DNA of 62,412 bases, the filler included, from Kipferlia bialata (lineage: Eukaryota), in NCBI GenBank assembly GCA_003568945.1. It is 2 parts of 2 records of this genome, joined end to end, with 100 filler letters (N's around TTAATTAATTAA, not from the genome) between each part and the next. Parts side by side here need not be neighbours in the genome. Positions count along the whole stretch, not along the records: positions 31,266 to 62,412 come from BDIP01000114.1; 1 more part is not named here. One strand, written 5' to 3'. Shown in pieces: positions 55,601 through 62,412 of the stretch. A model generated the notes under the pieces. The model saw nothing but the letters and a program-made list of their open reading frames with translations. It was not told the DNA's origin and searched no databases. The translations under genes were made by a program, and so were the position numbers. Within the stretch, counting starts at the first letter, position 1. Every line of letters begins with the position of its first letter.

Positions 55601-58600
55601 CTCCGCATACTGGGACTGTGCTAATGGTGCCACTGACTGTGTGGCTGGATACTGGGAGTGCGTGGCCGTACCCCCTGACTGTACTGCTCTCTACACGTCG
55701 TGTAACATTCCGTGTACTGAGGATGATGGACCGTGTGAGGCAACCTGTGCCGCTAGTGGTGCACCCACCCCTAACTACTGGGTCAGACCAGAGATGGGGG
55801 GGAGCGTCCCAGATGCCAGGTACTACAAACTGTTCATTCTTACTGCATGACTTCCACTCTTACTTCTTCTAACGACACTCTCTTCTTATCACTCAGATAC
55901 GACGCCATGATGGTCTCCTTCGGTCCTCTCCTCATGGTGTATGGGGGCAGGGACAGTGACGGTGCCTACCTGGACGATGAGTTCACATACCACACCGACA
56001 TCAAGGAGATCAACGAGCAGGTACATATACTCCCTAATCATAATTTATATATATACATATATAGTATATACAACAATACATACCGTAGCATTAATGCCAC
56101 ACTGACATCAAGGAGATCAATGAGCAGGTATATATATTATTCTTCACGACTCTGTCAGATATCTCAGCGATAAGAAACATGCACCGCCTCCTTCTAATAC
56201 CAGATCAGCACTGGCAAGAAGCCCTCTGCCCGCAGTGCCTCAGCTGTCACAGCTGTTGGAGAGACACTCTATCTCTTTGGGGGCATGGATGGAGAGGGGG
56301 TGCTGGGGGACATGTACTCGTTCAGCTACTTCGACAAGGTGGGTACATCATTAACATTGGTACATATGGAGAGGTATCTTCTTTATCCCTCTGTGTCTCT
56401 CCCCCCTTCCCCTATCTCAACGTAGGAGTGGACTGCACTTACTCGTGACCGGGCCTCTCTCAAGCCTGCTCTGTCCCATGCATCGCTGTTATTCACACCC
56501 ACAGAGACAGAGGACACACGAGAAGGTGAGTATTATATGTCCTTCTCAATACATATTTACTATGTGATATATCAATATGATATATCAATATCTTCATACC
56601 CACAGAGACAGAGGAGACAAGGGAGGGTGAGTTTGAATTGTCCTTCTCCATACATTCTTGCTATGTAGTATATCCATACCTTCATACCCACAGTGACAGA
56701 GGAGACAAGGGAGGGTGGGTACAGATTCTTCCGCTCCATCACATATTCACTTTATGCTACTCCAATACCGTACTGACGACTTGTGCTTACTAGTAGGTAC
56801 ATACACGCTCTCCGACGGGACCCTCTATCTGCAGGGTGGGGTGTCTACTGCTATGATGTGTGTCAGCACTCTCTATCGCGTAGATATCGACACCTCCCTA
56901 GGGACTGTGTCCTATTCAGAGGTCACCCAGCTCAACATCGATGGAGACGGTCCTTCCACAATCAACACTGCATTCTCCAATGCGCCTCTGTCTGTGCTGG
57001 GAAAGAGGTTAGACACTTTGTATTGTGGAATATATTGGATGCTGGAATGAATCCTTCTTCTCCCATACTATAGTATTACATAGTATATATATATGTCACT
57101 GTGTCACTGTCATCCTATCATCTCTCCTACTCTCTCATTCTTATTACAGGGCTCTAGCAACAGGTGGCAGGAGTAACAGGATGACATCGGAGGACGGAGT
57201 CATTAGGTATGATTGCGATGATCAATTGATATCATGAATATGGATTTCTCGTTGAGTTGTGGAAGTACCCTCTGTATAGATGTACTCACCCCTACAAGCA
57301 TAACAGTCTGCTGACGCCCAGGGTGTTTGACTTCTCAGATGAGTCACCAGACTCTGTGAGGGTCTATGAGATCACAGCTTCGACAGGAGAGACCATGGAG
57401 AGAAACAGAATGGCTACTATTCAGGTAAAGATCTACTTGCATCAGATTAACGATATCTCATGCCGAGTGTTGTTTCTTCCACTCTTTGTGCAGACCTTCC
57501 ATTGACCATACATATATGATGTGGCACTAGATAGTGGCACTAGACCTCAACCTCAGAGTGTTGTTCAGAACTACTTCACCACCATTGGAGGCAGTCTGGT
57601 GGAGTCTAATACGGCACCTGAGGGACAGGCCGTGGCAGAGGTATAGTGTAGCATGCATACTATGTCATATGAGACATATCATATATCCCATATATCACCC
57701 TGTCAACTATATACTTACATATCGTACCATACTACTACTCATACATACCATTAATTACTATAACTATTTATAAACGGACAGGTATATATACCTATATGTT
57801 GGCTCGTTTGTTGCCCGTTTCTCACATCATGCCTGGTACACTCTGCTGGGCGATGCATGTGACCCAAGTGTGGAGGACTATGACCCAACTTGCTGGCCTT
57901 GTGCTAGGTATGCGTGGAGTAAGCCCCCCCCCCCAACCTACACGTGTCTCTCCTACTAATATGTGTTTGGATGACTGTTCTGTGTCTGAGTCACCTGCTT
58001 ACTTAATATCCTCACCACCAGGGGCACTGTGTATCAGGCCTCCACTGCCACCTGTGAGTCATGTCCCAAGGGGCACTTTTCGGCACATGATGGTATGGAT
58101 ATATATACATATATGTACATACAATACTTATATATATGTATATATATACTGATACCCAGGCATGGCTGAGTGCACCCCCTGTCCGGCTGGGTTCTACAAC
58201 GGAGTGCCCCAGGGGAACAGCAGGTAAATTTGTATATTGGATATATTCTTGATTATACATATATAATGTGTGTGTACTCTGGTGAATATTCTATGCGAAC
58301 AATCCTTCACCCCAGGCTGTTCTGCCTGGCCTGTCCCAGTGGCACATACAACAGTACCCCAGGCCAGTCAGAGTGTCTGCCCTGTCCAGGTAGTGTTAGG
58401 TTATATATACACATATATACATATACATTAATAGATATGTATCAATATACATATACCTATTAGCTAATATACATATATATGTAAAATACACTGTCTGCCA
58501 TGCCCAGGTAATAACACCATTATTGTTCACATGTACCCAGTGGTATACAATACAAGAGTTAACATACACCCAAACACAACCCAAGTGCGTCACTCAATAA

Positions 58601-61376
58601 TGTCTCACTCACAGATGGCAAGAGCTGCCCCGTGGCGTGTGTCGATCCCGTTGACAGTACGGTCGATGGGACAGATGTGGTGGTCAACACTCCCCAGGAG
58701 CTGGAGGTAGTGTAAATACTTAACCCTAGCCAACAATTATTTCCACAGCCATTATCTGTACTTGTACTCCAATGTTTACATATCTCTACATATGCACTCA
58801 CCCTCCAGGTCCCCACTGAGAGGGCCAAGCAGCTTCAGCTGATCCTGTACATAGTGCTAGGCCTTGTCAGTGGCAGTGTGCTGTTGATAGTGGTGGCTGG
58901 CAAGAGAAGCATCATTAAGGTGGGTAGCACGGGTATACTCAATATGAATACTATGTTAACCAGAGTCTGTTTGGTATTCTAGAATAGATATAATGTGTGG
59001 GTCAGTTAATCCTTCCTCACCCCCAGGCCCTGGACCTCTACTCTGTGCCCTATGTCTTCACAATGCCTGCTGCCCTGGGGTAAGATACAAATATACATAC
59101 AGACATATGTACATACCTCCTCTGTCTGAGGATTTGGTGTATAAGTATACATATTCGACTTACCACTAGGAGTAAGAACACTTGGATTGGCGGCATCTTC
59201 AGTGGTCTCTTCATATGTGCCTTTGTGGTCATGGGAGGTGGGGCAAGTATAGTTGCACTACTTACTCTATTGGATTGTTAGTCTAACCGTTCTCACTGCT
59301 AGGTGGCCTCATCATCCCGTTCCTGAAGACCAATCTGGCCGAGGACAGGAGCCTTGTGCCCTTGTGTCTGGCAGACACCACACTCACAGCCACACTCGAC
59401 ATAGACATCAGCCTGACAGGTATGTATGATGTAGTAGTATATAAATATACAATTGAGTCAAAGTCTCACTGCCAGGTGGGTTTGAGACCTGTACCCTTGG
59501 TTGTCTATATACACTTATGTATAAATATATGATGCGACTACTATGTATGAATCTTTACAGTATAGCATTAACTCAGGTGGCTTTGAGACCTGTACCCTTG
59601 GGGGTGTGGCCGAGGGTGAGTGTGCACCTGAGGTCACAGTCACACTGCCATCGGGGGTCACAGCCAGTCAGGTACACATATACATACATCACTTCCTGTC
59701 ACTGTATGTGTTCTTCATATGACTATTAACAGATCATGTGCTACTCTTCCTCGTCTCTGATTATCAGGTGGAGCAGAAGTGCAGCCAGCCAGTCGGAGAC
59801 ACAACCACCTGTAGGGTACGGGTGCTACATGTAATAGTTACTGGTATCTAAACCACACCAAGAGTATTGTGTACTGTAATTCAATCTACAGTCCATCTTC
59901 GTCTCCACTCTTTCGCTACCATGTTGTTGATATTTATAGACCTTTACTGCGCTACTAACCCTCCAGGTCCAGCTGTCTGTGAGTGAGGCAGAGCTGCAGA
60001 GCAGACTGTCAGAGTACGGAGTCACACTGCTGGGCTCTGGCGAGTACTTTGCTAGTATTGTAGGTACCTACTCATCTGGTGTTTCCAATGCGTGGACCTT
60101 CCAATGTGTGTACATATAGGAAACATGTTAGTGTAGTACCCTCTGACCCCTAGACTGGAACGTAACCTCTGCTGCGTCCAACCCCGGTCAGTACTCCAGC
60201 ATAGCAGGACAGCTACTACCCGATGCCCAGATGACATTCAGGGGGACAGCTGAGCCAACGGAGGTGATTACTTTATACCATAGTTTGTATTACTACAGCA
60301 CTGCCCCCTCGTCTCTCAGTACTCATTCCTCAGATTGGTGTCTTCAGCACTGAGTCTCTGTACCATGTGGAGTATGAGGCAGAGTCATCGGGTGTAGACA
60401 GTGATGGACTGTACAACCCAGACCTGAAGAACCCCAGTACAGGCAGGATATTTGAGGTCAGATACTTAATTGTCATCATATATACACCCCAATTACATAT
60501 ATGGGCATGTGGATATTACTTCTGTAGAGGTATACATACATACACTACTATACGTGAGCTTCCTACTCACCCCAGTTCATTGGCTATGAGCGTGGCAGCA
60601 TGGTCAACTCGCAGAACTTCTGGGACCAGAACGGAGTGAGGTACGGTTGACAATATATCTACTGTGGATCATAGTACACTGATAGATATATATATATTCA
60701 CTTCCTGTTCTGTCAAGGACTTACCCTCAGTCTCACCATTGCCTTTGAGAGGTCTGAGAACATCCTGTCCTGGAAGCAGTACAAGGTATATGACCCCAAG
60801 AGACTGCTATTTGTGGGAATAGGCGCAGATATATCTCTATCATCATGTTTGTGTCAATTCAAATCCGTATGCTCACTATAGGTACAAGACTTGGCCGCTT
60901 TCCTCGCTGCCCTACTAGGATCCCTCACCGGTCTGCAAGGTACTTCTATACCCCTGTACTTGAGCACTTCAGTAATAATGAACCCGACAGTCTTGATATA
61001 CATAGGTGTTAGACATGGATTAGTGGTTCAGACTGCAGTCTAGTACTATTATTAGTGTATCGAAATATTTCTAATTATTGACTTTCTAACTCCAGGCACC
61101 TTTGGCGGTGTGGCTGGGGCCATCCGGTCCGTCTGGTGCATGATCAAGGTACTACTATACATACGCGCAAATACTCATGTATTAGGGGAGTACACCATAC
61201 CTTCTGGTGCATGGTCCACGTACATGTATGTGATATATATACATTACTCCTCTCACTCCCAGGACAAGTACGGCAAGGACGTGTTCACCAAGAAGGTTGA
61301 CAAGATGCATGATAAGAAGAGGGGCAAGAGAGCAGCCACCGAACTGAGACAGACACGCGAGGTGGCATTCATATGA
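49637..61376 (+). CDS. Large multi-exon membrane protein: kelch repeats, Cys-rich inserts, GCC2/GCC3-like repeats, three TM segments; 5' end missing
   Basis: LLLFGG..YSDVW, VYAYGGR, LMVYGGRD, LYLFGG kelch blades; CPSGTYNSTPGQSECLPCP; hydrophobic segments near 58840, 59190-59320 and 60890-61145. Confidence 0.8.
51731..52500 (+). repeat. Five copies of acceptor plus exon 5' end (DNTFYSD.W) and three copies of exon 3' end plus donor
   Basis: ag|gacaacaccttctacag at 51733, 51854, 51938, 52068, 52187; ...ggggcaa|gt at ~52274, ~52388, ~52497. Confidence 0.9.
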
Positions 61377-61701
61377 CTCAGAGACAGAGAGGTGTAAGCA
61401 TAACAGTATGTGACGTATAAGCTATTCAATAGATTCTATTGAATATCAGAGTAGATATGTTTGTTTCACTACGGATCAGACTCTTGTGCCAATTAAAGAG
61501 ACAGAAATAGATGGATGAGAATACTTAGTAATTGAATTATTTACATACTCATTGGCGATTAATACGAGAGAAGGTGACATAGATCTAATAATAATACTGG
61601 CCTACTCTCGCCAATTGGGTACCGGAGTACTGCAAGGCAGTGAAAGACAAGAATTTCTCCCCTAGTAATAGACTAGATGTCACCAACTCTCTCTACTCAT
61701 A

Positions 61702-62411
61702 GCCTATGAGTCATAGGTCCTATGGGTCATGCATTAATATTCTTCAGTATACAGTATGACTCACACTGTCTGCCAGACAGTGTCTGGACTCTAAACCCAA
61801 TAGTTTGACCGCCTCATGATGAGGCTCATCACATTTGTAAAGTCTATTGTATGTGAAGATAGTTGATAATACCCACTTGCAAATTGAAAGCCTCAGACTG
61901 AGGCCCTCAGTCCAACATATGGGCTTGCAGTGTGACGAATCCTCCTACATCTCCCCACTTGCACAGTCTGACAAAGACACAGTACTTCACTGAACAAATG
62001 AGTGATACCAATGATGTGCTAGGTCCTAGCCTAGGATTCCATCTTGTAGCGGATGCTTGCTACACTGAAGAAGGTCTCCCCCCATGTGTTGTTGTTGACC
62101 ACAACACTGTAATGGTAATGACAGAGAATAGCAGGTAAGACCTGTTGTTCGATGATACTTGTGACCTGAGATTAGCGCTCTGTTCTTACACATATCTTCT
62201 GTGACCATCTTGGTGCCACCAAGATGGTCGAACCCATGACCTCCCCTTGGTATGTGGAAAAAGAACGGCTGCGTTTACACTAACAACGGTTGAAACCAGC
62301 GGTGAAACTTACATTACCAGACGTCATTCCCAATATACCCATTGGATCCCATTTTCTTTCTCGGCAACGTCCCAATCTAAGTGGATTGGGAAGGTTGGGA
62401 AGTCTTCCCAA
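61702..62411. mobile_element. Cluster of exact and degenerate putative footprints
   Basis: Exact at 61766-61787 and 61890-61911; variants near 61702, 61811, 62018, 62203-62229 and 62395-62411. Confidence 0.6.
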
Positions 62412-62412
62412 T

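Noticed and set aside
61932..62138. Short ORF at the window end
   Set aside because: No recognisable motif, and it lies within a footprint-rich region.

Overview
Intron-dense eukaryotic DNA: short exons, (AT)n/(AG)n-rich introns and a branch point fused to the 3' splice site (YTRAC-N1-4-YAG). This style suggests a free-living fornicate such as Kipferlia (inference). The window is a draft scaffold with N gaps, an artificial TTAATTAATTAA linker and several probable mis-joins at poly-G/C tracts. Recognisable genes: a giant CPAGYYC-repeat Cys-rich protein, a Mad3/BubR1 N-terminus joined to KTI12, a PX-domain protein, Rpn11, a homocysteine S-methyltransferase, a WD40-like protein, divergent BBS7, a choline-transporter-like protein, TRAPPC4, a candidate Tom40, an EEF1AKMT4-like methyltransferase, the 3' half of V-ATPase A, and a large kelch/Cys-rich membrane protein. 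Two signals stand out. (1) Nine exact 22-bp 'a-X-h'-X'-a'-X-h' inverted triplications lie in intergenic DNA and match the hairpin-mediated excision footprint predicted for a transposon with an 8-bp target duplication; one sits beside its apparent ancestral sequence. (2) Introns pervasively carry 'echo' copies of neighbouring exon ends with their splice sites. Family assignments come from remembered motifs, not database searches.
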